Counted from the stretch's first letter, positions 42,192-52,002 are shown. The stretch: 56,728 nucleotides of DNA from Alphaproteobacteria bacterium (GCA_026225015.1 JAMFRY010000062.1:1-56728), one strand, 5' to 3'. Notes: generated by a model from the sequence alone, not told the origin. Numbers and translations are program-made.

Positions 42192-43067
42192 TCAAAGGTC
42201 CGTGTAATTCTTCAAAAAGGCGCGAACCGCCGGCCCCAGATCCGGCCGGGCCAGGGCAAAGGCCACTTGCGCTTCCAGAAAGCCGATCTTGTCGCCGCAA
42301 TCGAAGCGCCTGCCCTCAAATTTAAGCCCGTGAAACGGCGCAAATCCGATCATCTTGGCCATCGCATCGGTCAACTGCACCTCATTGCCGGCGCCGCGTT
42401 CCATCTGGCTCAAAAACCCGATCACCTCCGGCAACAACACGTAGCGGCCGATAATAGAGAGGTTGGAGGGCGCATCCTTCGGCGCCGGCTTTTCAACCAG
42501 CCCCTTCACCTCGACACGATTGCCCGCCGCCTCCCCGATTCTCAGGATTCCGTATTTGTTGGTCTGCTCATGCGGCACCTCTGTCACGGCAACCACGTTG
42601 CCGCCGGTGTCCCTGTATACATCCGCAAGTTGTTTCAGGCAGGGCGTCTCGCTTAAGACCAGATCGTCTGGCAGCAGAATAGCAAAAGGATCGTCGCCGA
42701 TAAACGCCCGGGCGCACCAGATGGCATGGCCAAGCCCCAACGGCACTTGCTGGCGCACAGTGGTGATAGAACCAGGCGGCATCGCCTCCTCGCGCAGCAA
42801 TTCCAGCGCCTCGCGCTTGCCGCGCTCGGCCAGAGTGGCCTCCAATTCGAATGCGATATCAAAATGGTCTATCAAGGCGGTTTTGCCGCGGCCAGTGACC
42901 ATGCAGAATTGCTCAATTCCGGCGGCGCGCGCTTCATCCACCGCGTATTGGATCAGCGGCTTATCAACAACCGGAAGCATTTCTTTTGGCATGGCCTTGG
43001 TGGCAGGGAGAAAACGGGTGCCGAGACCTGCAACCGGCAGGACGGCTTTACGCAATGGTTTAACCAA
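42192..43067 (-). CDS. galU: UTP-glucose-1-phosphate uridylyltransferase
   Basis: TTG start after GAGGAG; KAVLPVAGLGTRFLPATKAMPKEMLP, LGLGHA, VEKP, FDCGDK. Confidence 0.95.
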   Translation of the reverse strand: MVKPLRKAVLPVAGLGTRFLPATKAMPKEMLPVVDKPLIQYAVDEARAAGIEQFCMVTGRGKTALIDHFDIAFELEATLAERGKREALELLREEAMPPGSITTVRQQVPLGLGHAIWCARAFIGDDPFAILLPDDLVLSETPCLKQLADVYRDTGGNVVAVTEVPHEQTNKYGILRIGEAAGNRVEVKGLVEKPAPKDAPSNLSIIGRYVLLPEVIGFLSQMERGAGNEVQLTDAMAKMIGFAPFHGLKFEGRRFDCGDKIGFLEAQVAFALARPDLGPAVRAFLKNYTDL

Positions 43068-43237
43068 ATGACTCTCCTCATGGCCACAGGCGGCCAACTC
43101 GGCCCATGCATCGGCCGAACTCCCGCCATGCGCCATGAGTGCCATGGCCCGCCAAGCCCGGCAAGCGCATTTCGCGTTAAATCCCGGACGGTCAGGCGCA
43201 AATTGTTGCACTGCGGCATTTTCGCCCGCAGGCAGAT

Positions 43238-43303
43238 TCAAAAAAGTCTTTTTGCTGCTTTGCCGGCGGCCAGCCTTCTTCAGAAAAAGAAGCGCCTTCT
43301 TCC
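43238..43303. repeat. Repeat family A variant arm
   Basis: AAAAAAGTCTTTTTGCTGCTTTGCCGGCGGCCAGCCTTCTTCAGAAAAAGAAGCGCCTTCTT. Confidence 0.8.
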
Positions 43304-44205
43304 TAGCTTTCCGAAGCCAAGTACCCGGAAGCCGCAACCTGCGCAGGGCGGCGGCCAATACGTCGGCGGTTGCGCGCGGCCTGCACCATTTCGGCGAAGC
43401 AGGCGCGCACGGCTACCGGCTGCCCACTCCTTCTGTCCAAAGCGCGCAGGCAGAAATGCACCCGCGCCATGCTCTGGTAGTAGTCGGTGAACGCGTAGTT
43501 CAGGGCGCCGCCCGCCAGCGCGCCGGCCACCGGCACGGCTTGCGCCAGGATTTTCTCGGAAACGACCAGGCCGAAACGCGAGGCCGCCGATTTGATGAGC
43601 AAGTTGACCGCCAGGTGATTCATCCCGATGCGGGTTGCCCAGTAGCCAATTTCGGTCTCGTCATCCGCATCACCTGGGCCGCCGAAGGCCAGCACTTCCA
43701 GGCAGACCCGCTTGGTCTCCTCGGCATGGATATCCTCGCCGAAATCGCGCGCCACTTCGGCAATTGAACGCAGGATGGTGCTGGTGGTGAACGGAATATC
43801 GAAGGCAACGCCCGGCAGGCCGATGAAGCCCGAGGCAATGCCGCTGGCGGCGGTGGCAAGCTTGTGCAGCCGATTACCCCTGGGCCTTCTTGGCCGCAAA
43901 ATCCTGGGCGTCTCGGCAAGCCCAAAGGTCGCCAGGTTGTAGCCGCTCCACAACGTGTCCTCGATACCGTCCTGAACGCGCTGCACCAACTCCGTCCAGC
44001 CCTCGCCGCCCAGCCGGCTTCCGGACCGGATCACCCGGCGTCGCAGCGATTCAATACGGCGGCCGAACAAAGCCGTCAGCCGCATCAGCAGGCCGCGCGA
44101 ATCCGCCATGATCATCGCTGCCTGCCACAACTCGTATTGCTCGGCATGGGTAAGAAACCCTGCTTGCGCAACGATATCGGAGGGTATGGGGTGTAAAACC
44201 TTCAT
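43303..44205 (-). CDS. EcsC family protein
   Basis: SGFIGLPG..DIPFTTSTILRSIAEVAR, CLEVLAFGG, RFGLVVSEK.LAQAVPV.GA..G. Confidence 0.82.
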   Translation of the reverse strand: MKVLHPIPSDIVAQAGFLTHAEQYELWQAAMIMADSRGLLMRLTALFGRRIESLRRRVIRSGSRLGGEGWTELVQRVQDGIEDTLWSGYNLATFGLAETPRILRPRRPRGNRLHKLATAASGIASGFIGLPGVAFDIPFTTSTILRSIAEVARDFGEDIHAEETKRVCLEVLAFGGPGDADDETEIGYWATRIGMNHLAVNLLIKSAASRFGLVVSEKILAQAVPVAGALAGGALNYAFTDYYQSMARVHFCLRALDRRSGQPVAVRACFAEMVQAARNRRRIGRRPAQVAASGYLASES

Positions 44206-44263
44206 GCGCTGCAAAGATGCGCATCAAATCCGGCCGCACAAGTTAAGATGTTGAGATAATCCC

Positions 44264-44299
44264 AGACCCTGCTGCGCCGGCTCCGGCGCAGCAGGGTCT
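44264..44299. terminator. Perfect long hairpin downstream of rplT
   Basis: AGACCCTGCTGCGCCGG-CT-CCGGCGCAGCAGGGTCT. Confidence 0.55.
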
Positions 44300-44318
44300 C
44301 CAGACGAACAGGATTTTT

Positions 44319-44681
44319 TCAGGCGGTGGTCTGAACGCCCTTCACGGCCTCGACGATTTCCGCAAATGCGGCGGCGTCATCGAAGGCGATGGCGGCGAGC
44401 ACCTTGCGGTCCAGCTCGATTCCCGCCTGTTTCAAACCAAAGATGAACTGGCTATAGGTCAGGCCATGTTCGCGCACCGCGGCGTTGATGCGCTGGATCC
44501 AGAGCGAGCGGAATTCCCGCTTCTTGACCCGGCGATCCCGATAGGCATAGCGCAGCGCCTTTTCCAGGCGCTCCAGCGCGATGCGGTAATTGGTCGAAGA
44601 CCGGCCGACAAAGCCCTTCGACTGTTCCAGAACCTTTTTATGACGGGCATGGGTGGTGACACCCCGTTTTACACGTGCCAT
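44319..44681 (-). CDS. rplT: 50S ribosomal protein L20
   Basis: [31 protein letters not shown]. Confidence 0.98.
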   Translation of the reverse strand: MARVKRGVTTHARHKKVLEQSKGFVGRSSTNYRIALERLEKALRYAYRDRRVKKREFRSLWIQRINAAVREHGLTYSQFIFGLKQAGIELDRKVLAAIAFDDAAAFAEIVEAVKGVQTTA

Positions 44682-44696
44682 GTTTTTGCTCCTCCC

Positions 44697-44900
44697 TTAA
44701 CCGATGCCGTAAGGCGCCCATTGCTTGACGGTCAAACCATCAGCATGGGTAAGGGTCTGGCTACCGCGATTGGCGCGCTTGGATTTCTGGCTGCGCGCCA
44801 TCAGATTATGGCGCTTCTTGCCGGGTCCGGCGAGCACCTTGCCGGTCGCGGTGATCTTGAACCGCTTTTTGACCGACGACTTGGTCTTCAGTTTGGGCAT
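44697..44900 (-). CDS. rpmI: 50S ribosomal protein L35
   Basis: [22 protein letters not shown]. Confidence 0.98.
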   Translation of the reverse strand: MPKLKTKSSVKKRFKITATGKVLAGPGKKRHNLMARSQKSKRANRGSQTLTHADGLTVKQWAPYGIG

Positions 44901-44992
44901 TTTGATCTCCTAAAAACAAACAAAAACGGCGGCCGGGCATGCCTGTTGGCCCGGACCCACACGTCTCGCCTGGAACCTCAGGCGAGGCTGGG

Positions 44993-45021
44993 CGTATAGA
45001 AGGTGGAATAGGCTGGCGCAA
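44993..45021 (-). promoter_or_regulatory. Putative sigma70 promoter of rpmI-rplT
   Basis: TTGCGC-N17-TATACG on the minus strand. Confidence 0.45.
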
Positions 45022-45022
45022 G

Positions 45023-45094
45023 GCCCTTTCGGCGGTGTGTCCCTTTCGGCGGTGACTCCGAAGGGGTGGGGTGCGTAAGAGCACCCCACCCTAC
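45023..45094 (-). repeat. GTAG-type REP variant with a tandem 14-bp duplication
   Basis: GTAGGGTGGGGTGC-TCTTAC-GCACCCCACC on the minus strand; CCCTTTCGGCGGTG occurs twice. Confidence 0.65.
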
Positions 45095-45098
45095 CTTT

Positions 45099-46832
45099 CT
45101 ATTGCGTTCCCTCGGCATACCAGGTGCGGAATTCCGCATATTTGGGCATCTCTTCCGAATTGGCTTTCGGATCGATCACGACATGAACAACACCCACTTT
45201 GCCGCTGGCATAGGCGCGCGCGATCGCGGGCCGGATGTCTTCCGCCTTGGTGACGTATTCGCCATGGCAGCCAAACCCCTCGGCGATCACGTCAAAGCGG
45301 ACATCCTTGTCCCAATGCGTGCCGGTTTCCGCGGTGCCCTGGCCAAAGGTGCGCTTGTACACGCCGACTTCCAGACCCCATTGGTTGTCCACGGCGACGA
45401 CGCAAACCAAAGGCAGCTTGCAGCGGGCCGCGGTTTCCAGCTCCGCGATGTGGAACATGAAGGAAGAATCGCTGGTGATCAGCATGCCCGGCCGGGATTT
45501 GCCGGTGGCGGCCCGGTCCGCCAGCATGGCGCCGGTGGCGTAAGGCAGGCCGGTGCCGATATGGCCGAAATTCTGATTCCAGATCACGTCATGCGGTTTG
45601 CTTTGGCTGTAGGTCCATTGGAAGATCACCGAGGCGCCGCCATCGCGGATCAAGATGCCATCTTCGGGAAAGGCCTTGCTTGCCTCGACCACGAAGCGCG
45701 AAGTGTGGATCGGCACGTCACCAGAACCATCGCTTTTGGTGAGGGACTCCTCGGCGAGCGAATCAAGTTCGGCCTGGCCGTCCTTCATGAATTTGGCAAG
45801 GCCCGCGGCAGGCGGCAACGGCGTATCCCTCAAGGCGGCAATGAGCTGCGGGAGCACGCCGCGGATGTCGCCGACCAAAGGCACGTCAATCGGGCGGTTG
45901 ACGCCGATGGCCGAGGGGTCTTGTTCGACATAGATCCATTTGCGGATTGCTTCGTTCTTCACCCAGTAGCGGTAGCGGCCGTAATGAACGGGCTCGCCCA
46001 GCTCGGTGCCGATGGCGAGGCAAAGATCGGATTCGGTCACCGCCTCGATCGAGGCATTGGAGAATACATATTGGAAGGTGCGCTCTTCCAGCCCGGGGAT
46101 GTAGGAAGTGCCGCCGGAGGTTTGAATCACCGGGCAGTTCATCAGCTTGGCCAATTCCTTCAGCGCCTCGCCGGAGCGGGTGGTATGGACGGCGTGGCCG
46201 ACCAGCAAAATCGGGTTTTTCGCGGCCTGGATCAGCTGCACGGCCTCGGCCACGCGGTCGATATCCGCGCCCTGGTTGACCAGGCGGTAGCGCGATGGCG
46301 GCAACGGCTCCGGCACGTCCAATTGCTCGGTGATGATGTGCGAAGGATATTCGATATAAACCGGCCCCGGCGTGCCGCCGATGGCTTGGCGAATGCCTTC
46401 GCGGATGATCTCATCGGTCTGATCGGCATATTCGATCGAGGCGGCGTATTTCACCGAATTTTCGAACAACGGCATCTGCTTCACAAATTGGATTCGCCCT
46501 CGCCGCACGCGCTGCTCGGTCACGCGGGCGCGCTGGCCGGAGAGAAAAATGACCGGCGAGTTCTCGACCAGGCAGCACTGAATGGCGGGCGCCGCATTGG
46601 CGATGCCCGGCCCCAGCGTGCCGATACACACGGCGGGTTTGCCAGTGATGCGCGACGCGGCTTCGGCCATGAAGCCGGCGGCCGCCTCGTGATGCGGGGC
46701 AACGACCGTCCAGCCGCGCTCCTCGGCTTTCAAGAACATGTGCACGAAATTCGGGTCCGGAATGCCGAACAGGGTGTTGATGCCTTCGGCCTCCAAAAGC
46801 TGGAGGATACGTTCATAGACGGGGACGGACAT
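45099..46832 (-). CDS. Thiamine-diphosphate-dependent enzyme (acetolactate synthase / acyl-CoA lyase superfamily)
   Basis: FGIPD, HHEAAAGFMA catalytic Glu, TLGPGIAN, PGPVYIEYP, FGHIGTGLPYA; atypical SDSSF..VDNQWG motif. Confidence 0.88.
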   Translation of the reverse strand: MSVPVYERILQLLEAEGINTLFGIPDPNFVHMFLKAEERGWTVVAPHHEAAAGFMAEAASRITGKPAVCIGTLGPGIANAAPAIQCCLVENSPVIFLSGQRARVTEQRVRRGRIQFVKQMPLFENSVKYAASIEYADQTDEIIREGIRQAIGGTPGPVYIEYPSHIITEQLDVPEPLPPSRYRLVNQGADIDRVAEAVQLIQAAKNPILLVGHAVHTTRSGEALKELAKLMNCPVIQTSGGTSYIPGLEERTFQYVFSNASIEAVTESDLCLAIGTELGEPVHYGRYRYWVKNEAIRKWIYVEQDPSAIGVNRPIDVPLVGDIRGVLPQLIAALRDTPLPPAAGLAKFMKDGQAELDSLAEESLTKSDGSGDVPIHTSRFVVEASKAFPEDGILIRDGGASVIFQWTYSQSKPHDVIWNQNFGHIGTGLPYATGAMLADRAATGKSRPGMLITSDSSFMFHIAELETAARCKLPLVCVVAVDNQWGLEVGVYKRTFGQGTAETGTHWDKDVRFDVIAEGFGCHGEYVTKAEDIRPAIARAYASGKVGVVHVVIDPKANSEEMPKYAEFRTWYAEGTQ

Positions 46833-46954
46833 TTGCAACTCCTCTAATTCGACGGATTTTCTCGGGCCAAGCCGAAACATAGACCCGGCCGGCGTTACGC
46901 ATAGCCGGGAAGCGGACCTCTGGGAAGCTGGTAGCTTACCAGTTTTTGCTCAAA

Positions 46955-47216
46955 AGCTATGATGGCGGCTATGCCGAGGCGATGGTCACCCCCGCCGATG
47001 GCTTGGCGCTCATCCCGGAGGAATTGTCGGCGGTTGAAGCCGCCCCGCTGCTTTGCCCCGGCGTTACCAACTTCGATGCCTTGCGCAAGAGCGGCGCGGT
47101 CGCCGGGGATGCGGCCAACGATCGAAACCCAGCCCTTGGAGCGCGCCGCCGAAGCCTATGACAAGATGATGCGCAACGAGGCGCCCTTTCGCATGGTGCT
47201 GACCACCGGCGCTTAA
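46955..47216 (+). pseudogene. Zn-dependent alcohol dehydrogenase remnant (5'-truncated, internal deletion, frameshift)
   Basis: SYDGGYAE..IPEELSAVEAAPLLCPGVT.FDALR.SGA..GD joined out of frame to the C-terminal RPTIET.PLERAAEAYDKMM..FRMVLT. Confidence 0.82.
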
Positions 47217-47222
47217 GGGCGG

Positions 47223-47333
47223 CTAGTACCCTGGGTCACTTAATGACGCTGGCTATGCGCGCGGATTGGTGGGCGGCGCGCGCGAAATATGACTCTCGTG
47301 GGACACGGCATTTTCAAAGACGTGTCCCGCTAG
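47223..47333 (+). repeat. Repeat family D (MITE-like), copy 2, CTAG-bounded
   Basis: CTAGTACCCTGGGTCAC...GGGACACG-GCATTTTCAAAGA-CGTGTCCCG-CTAG; homologous to 24428-24590. Confidence 0.8.
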
Positions 47334-47389
47334 TCATGTGTCAAACAGGCTGCCGCCCGCGCCGCTGCCTTGCGGACTTTACCGGACCC

Positions 47390-48040
47390 TTATTCCCGGG
47401 CGGCGCAAGGCGAGAATAGCAGGGCCAGAATATCCACTTCCGCTTGTTTCAACTCATCGCTATCCACCATGCTGGGGTCGGTTCCGCCATTGGCGTAGCG
47501 CGCCGCCATGCGCTCCATCGCTGCGAAAATCACGACAGCGCGGGCCAGGGCATCCCGTTTCCCCAGATTGCCCGCGCCGTGCGAAGCCAGGATACAAGAA
47601 GCCATCCGGCTGACCACCGGGTACGCTCCAACATTTCGCAATTGCATGAAGGCTTCCTGGCCGCTATCGGCGCGGAAATTCCGCACGTTAAAAATCGGAC
47701 GATTGCGATCCCAATAGCGGTAGAAGGCGCTCACCACGCGCTCAGCGTGATGATGGACCGCGCCGAAGTCCCAGGGCCGGTCCAGCTCGGCGATGATCTC
47801 GGCATTATCCTTCGTGGCTTGCTCTGCCAGGACGTACAAAATCTCGTCGATATCATCGAAATACACATAGAAGGTTTGTGAGGCGAGGCCGGCGGCGCGC
47901 GCGATCGCGCTGGCGGTGAGTTTCTCCGAAGGCGCGGAAAACAGCAGCAGGCGCGCCTCTTCCAACAGGCGCGCGCGGCTCTCGGCACCCTTGCGGCCGA
48001 TCGCCTGACCATCTTTGTTGGTTACATTCATGGTGCTCAT
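47390..48040 (-). CDS. TetR/AcrR-family transcriptional regulator
   Basis: GQAIGRKGAESRARLLE, LTASAIARAAGLASQTFYVYFDD HTH. Confidence 0.88.
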   Translation of the reverse strand: MSTMNVTNKDGQAIGRKGAESRARLLEEARLLLFSAPSEKLTASAIARAAGLASQTFYVYFDDIDEILYVLAEQATKDNAEIIAELDRPWDFGAVHHHAERVVSAFYRYWDRNRPIFNVRNFRADSGQEAFMQLRNVGAYPVVSRMASCILASHGAGNLGKRDALARAVVIFAAMERMAARYANGGTDPSMVDSDELKQAEVDILALLFSPCAARE

Positions 48041-48119
48041 CGATGCCGGATAGGCCATGCTGCCGCAAGAAAGAAGCTGGTTTTTGCAAAAACGGTGAAA
48101 AAGGCGGGCGATGCCCGCC

Positions 48120-48980
48120 CTACGTGATAGCCGGTTTTTCGTGGCGGGCGTGCCACGATTCCATTAGTTTGAGGACGGTGGCGGCGGTTTCCTCGATCGA
48201 GCGGCGGGTGACGTCGATGATTGGCCAGCCCCGGGCGGTGCAAAGGCGCTTGGCCCATAGCAGTTCCTTTTCAACGGCTTCGAAATCCACGTAATCGCCG
48301 TTATCGTTCTGGATGAAGCCGGGTTGCGCGCCGGCGCCGATGAGCCGCAGGCGGTGGCGGCGGATGTCGATCAGCGCTCTCGGATCGATGGTGAGGCCGA
48401 TGACGGGGCAGCTGGGATCCTTCAGCAGCTCCGGCGGTTCAATGCCGGGCACCAGCGGGATATTGGCGGCCTTGATACCGCGATTGGCAAGATAAAAGCA
48501 GGTGGGGGTTTTGGACGAACGGGAGACGCCGACCAGCACCACATCCGCCTCCGACATGCCGCGATGGGCCTGGCCGTCATCATGGGAGATGACGTAATGC
48601 ATGGCGTCGATCCGGCGGAAGTAATCGGCATCCAACACATATTGCCGGCCCGGCTTATGCTTGGTGGTCATGCCGAACTGCTCCTGCAGCAGCTCCAGAA
48701 TCGGGTCCAGAATGTGCAGTAGTTTGACGCCCATGCGCTCGCAGCCGGATTCCAGCTCGCCGCGCAGGGCTTCATCGACCAGGCTACAAAGCACGGGTCC
48801 CGGTTCGGCATGGATGCCTTCCAGCACGCGATGCAGTTGCAGGCGCGAGCGGATCAGGCTCCAGCGATGATAGGTGACGGTGACATTATCGAACTGGGCG
48901 ACCGCGGCGCGGCCCATGGCGTTGAGCGTGTCGCCGGTAGCGTCTGAAACCAGATGTATATCGAGCTTATAGCTGTCCAT
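48120..48980 (-). CDS. ppsR: PEP synthase / PPDK regulatory kinase-pyrophosphorylase (DUF299)
   Basis: [45 protein letters not shown]. Confidence 0.93.
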   Translation of the reverse strand: MDSYKLDIHLVSDATGDTLNAMGRAAVAQFDNVTVTYHRWSLIRSRLQLHRVLEGIHAEPGPVLCSLVDEALRGELESGCERMGVKLLHILDPILELLQEQFGMTTKHKPGRQYVLDADYFRRIDAMHYVISHDDGQAHRGMSEADVVLVGVSRSSKTPTCFYLANRGIKAANIPLVPGIEPPELLKDPSCPVIGLTIDPRALIDIRRHRLRLIGAGAQPGFIQNDNGDYVDFEAVEKELLWAKRLCTARGWPIIDVTRRSIEETAATVLKLMESWHARHEKPAIT

Positions 48981-49260
48981 GATTTGCCTAATAGCGTGGA
49001 TAAGGTTGCGCCGCGCGGGCTAATTTGCGGCAAACGGGGATAACTGCGTTGATTCGTCCCTCATGTATTGATTGAATGGCTGCTTCTGGCGATTGTGGAT
49101 AAGGTGATTCAAAACCGTAGAATCAGCAAGTTAATCACCATTATTTGATGTGGATAAGCTTGTGGATCGATGGTGCAGGCCAATAAGCCCCGATATCCAC
49201 AGGCATCAATCTTCACCAACCTTACTTTAAAGATTCTCTTTTTAAGATTAGGCGGGGCTT
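48981..49260. other. oriC: Chromosomal replication origin oriC
   Basis: DUF299-hemE intergenic position; TGTGGATAA at 49094 and 49149; near-boxes at 48995, 49035, 49161, 49193; IHF consensus AATCAGCAAGTTA 49121-49133; GANTC x4; AT-rich tract 49221-49250. Confidence 0.85.
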
Positions 49261-50292
49261 ATGAAATTAATCGATGTACTGAACGGCGAGGTTGTTTGGC
49301 CGCCGCCCGTATGGCTGATGCGCCAGGCCGGGAGGTATCTGCCGGAGTATCGGGAGGTCCGGGCGCAAGCGGGGGATTTCCTGTCGCTATCGATGAATCC
49401 GGAACTGGCGGCCGAGGTGACGCTGCAGCCGGTTCGCCGGTTTGGCTTCGATGCGGCGATCCTGTTCTCCGATATTCTGATCCTGCCCTGGGCGCTGGGT
49501 CAGGGGCTGCAATACGCGCAGGGTGAAGGCCCGCTGCTGCCGCCGCTTACCCGGGCGGAGCTGGGAGGATTGAGCTTGGCGCGGGCGGTAGAAGGCACTG
49601 CGCCGGTGATGGAGGCTGTTCGGCGGGCGCGGGCGGGGTTGGATGGCGATAAGGGTCTTATAGGCTTTGCGGGCGGCCCGTTCACGGTGGCGTGCTATAT
49701 GCTGGATGGCAAAGGCGGTGGGGGTTTTCCGCGCACGCTCAGAACCGTGTATGAGGATCGCCGGCTGGTGGAAGGGCTGATCGACCTGCTGGTGGAGGCG
49801 AGCGTGGTGTATCTGCAAGGCCAGGTGGATGCGGGCGCCGATTGCGTGATGCTGTTTGAGAGCTGGGCCGGAATCTTACCCGCGGAATTGTTCCGGGTGT
49901 TTGTGATTGCGCCGGGGCGGCGGATCGTGTCGGCGCTGCGGAGCAAGAGTCCGGGCTTGCATATCATCGGCTTTCCCAGGCTTTGCGGGTTGATGCTGCG
50001 CGAATATGTGGTGGAAACCGGGGTGAGCGCGGTGGGGTTGGACAGCGTGACCGATATCGCGGCGGCGGTTGCGGCCTGCCCGCCGGGGACCGTGTTTCAA
50101 GGCAATCTGGACCCGCTTCTGCTTCACATTGGCGGCGAGGCGTTGGATCGCGGCGTCGATGCCGTGCTGGACGGGTTTCGCGGGCAAAGGCATATTTTCA
50201 ATCTCGGACATGGGATCACGCCGGATGTGGATCCCCGGAATGTGGCGCAGTTGGTGGAGCGGATTCGTGCGGGACGACCCTCCGGGTTATGA
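49261..50292 (+). CDS. hemE: Uroporphyrinogen decarboxylase
   Basis: PVWLMRQAGRYLPEYR, AAILFSDIL, LIGFAGGPFT, QGNLDP, IFNLGHGI. Confidence 0.97.
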   Translation: MKLIDVLNGEVVWPPPVWLMRQAGRYLPEYREVRAQAGDFLSLSMNPELAAEVTLQPVRRFGFDAAILFSDILILPWALGQGLQYAQGEGPLLPPLTRAELGGLSLARAVEGTAPVMEAVRRARAGLDGDKGLIGFAGGPFTVACYMLDGKGGGGFPRTLRTVYEDRRLVEGLIDLLVEASVVYLQGQVDAGADCVMLFESWAGILPAELFRVFVIAPGRRIVSALRSKSPGLHIIGFPRLCGLMLREYVVETGVSAVGLDSVTDIAAAVAACPPGTVFQGNLDPLLLHIGGEALDRGVDAVLDGFRGQRHIFNLGHGITPDVDPRNVAQLVERIRAGRPSGL

Positions 50293-51341
50293 GGACTGCG
50301 ATTGTTTTGTTCAATCTCGGCGGGCCGGATCGGCCGGAATCGGTGCAAAAATTCAGGCTCAATCTGTTCAACGATCCGGCAATTATTCGTGCGCCGGTTT
50401 TTATCCGGTTCTGGCTGTCCCGGTTGATCGCGGCGCGGGGCAGGCAAGCGGCCGAGGCAAATTATGCGCTGCTGGGCGGCAAGTCTCCGCTGCTGGAATT
50501 GACCGGGCGGCAGGCGCGGGCCTTGGAGACCGATTTGGCTGATATCGGCGCCAAATGTTTTATTGCGATGCGCTACTGGCATCCGTTCGCGGCTGAAACG
50601 GTTCAAGGAGTGCAGACATTCGCGCCGGACCGGGTTTTGCTGCTGCCGCTCTATCCGCAATTTTCGACCACGACGACGGGCAGTTCCTTGACGGATTGGC
50701 GCGAGCAGGCGGCGAAGGCGGGGCTGGTGGCGCCGACGACCTCGCTGTGCTGCTATTATGATGATCCAGGCTATGTTGAATCGATTGCCGCATTGGTGCG
50801 TGAAGCGGTTGGCGAGGCGCGGGCCGAGCTTGCTGCGGGAGTAGAGTTGCGGCTGATTTTTTCGGCGCATGGTCTGCCGGAATCTATTATCGAGAAGGGT
50901 GATCCCTATCAGATGCAGGTGGAAGCCAGCGCGCAAGCAGTGATGGCGCGGCTTGCCGATCTGGAGGTGGAATTTCAGGTCAGCTATCAGTCTCGCGCGA
51001 CGCCGCAGAAATGGATTTCCCCCAGCACCGTAGAGGCGATCGAGCAGGCTGCTGCGCAAAATATCGCGGTGCTGCTGGTGCCGATTGCGTTTGTCTCGGA
51101 CCATATCGAGACTTTGGTTGAGCTGGATATTGAAAACGCCGAGTTGGCGCATCGTTTGGGCGTGCCGGGATATTTTCGTTCCAAAGTGCCGAATGACGAT
51201 GCGCGGTTTGTTGCGGCGCTGGCGCGGATTAGCCGACGCGCGCTGGAACATGGGGATGGTCTGTGTAGCCATAAAGGCGAGAGGGCCTGCGATGTTGCGC
51301 GCGTTGATTGTCCATGGGTAAGGGTTTCCGATGCGGCCTGA
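50289..51341 (+). CDS. hemH: Ferrochelatase
   Basis: VLFNLGGP, AMRYWHP, LPLYPQFS, FSAHGLP, FVSDHIETLVELD; ATGA overlap with hemE. Confidence 0.96.
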   Translation: MRTAIVLFNLGGPDRPESVQKFRLNLFNDPAIIRAPVFIRFWLSRLIAARGRQAAEANYALLGGKSPLLELTGRQARALETDLADIGAKCFIAMRYWHPFAAETVQGVQTFAPDRVLLLPLYPQFSTTTTGSSLTDWREQAAKAGLVAPTTSLCCYYDDPGYVESIAALVREAVGEARAELAAGVELRLIFSAHGLPESIIEKGDPYQMQVEASAQAVMARLADLEVEFQVSYQSRATPQKWISPSTVEAIEQAAAQNIAVLLVPIAFVSDHIETLVELDIENAELAHRLGVPGYFRSKVPNDDARFVAALARISRRALEHGDGLCSHKGERACDVARVDCPWVRVSDAA

Positions 51342-52002
51342 GCTGATTATTTTTGACTGCGATGGCGTGTTGATTGACAGCGAAACGATTGCCTCCAAGC
51401 TGGTGGCGCGCAACCTCACCGCTTTGGGGTGGGAGATGACGACGGAGGGCGCCATGCAGCGATTTATCGGCATGTCGATCGTGGATATGCAACCGATGAT
51501 CGAGGCCAGGCTGCGGCGCAAACTGCCACCGAGCTGGCGCCAGGATCTGGCCGCGGAGTTGATCCACGCGTTGGGAAGCGAGGTGGCGCTGATACCGCAT
51601 GCGCGCGAAACTCTGGAACAAGTGAGCGCCATGGGAATCCCCTGGCGGATTGCTTCGAATTCTTCCTCTGAGGAACTGGCGGTGAAGTTTGCGCATACCG
51701 GCTTGAGCGATCTGACCACGGGGCTCGCTTTTTCCGGCACCGGTATGTTGGATCAGGGCGTGCGTCCGAAGCCGGCGCCGGATGTGTATCTGCGCGCTGC
51801 GGCTTCTGCCGGTATTGCGCCGGCGCGGTGCCTGGTGCTGGAGGATAGCACGCCTGGCGTTACCGGCGCGGTGGCGGCCGGTATGACCTGCTATGGCTTT
51901 GCGCCGCATGGTGACGGGGCGCTTCTGCTGATGGCGGGGGCGAAGCGAATCATGCATGGATTGGAGGAATTTTTGATCGCGCTGGAGGAATTTGAGGAAT
52001 GA
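51331..52002 (+). CDS. HAD-superfamily phosphatase (subfamily IA)
   Basis: IFDCDGVLIDSE, ASNS, KPAPDVY, VLEDSTPGV. Confidence 0.92.
   Translation: MRPELIIFDCDGVLIDSETIASKLVARNLTALGWEMTTEGAMQRFIGMSIVDMQPMIEARLRRKLPPSWRQDLAAELIHALGSEVALIPHARETLEQVSAMGIPWRIASNSSSEELAVKFAHTGLSDLTTGLAFSGTGMLDQGVRPKPAPDVYLRAAASAGIAPARCLVLEDSTPGVTGAVAAGMTCYGFAPHGDGALLLMAGAKRIMHGLEEFLIALEEFEE

Noticed and set aside
43068-43358. N-terminal extension of GalU
   Set aside because: Reads through a family-A repeat and the EcsC end; a good RBS precedes TTG 43067
45066-46847. 593-aa + strand ORF, and similar long antisense ORFs (4025-5101, 14138-15664, 28440-29900, 34466-36709, 41082-42656, 50124-51740)
   Set aside because: Antisense shadows of well-supported genes in a high-GC genome; no motifs or RBS
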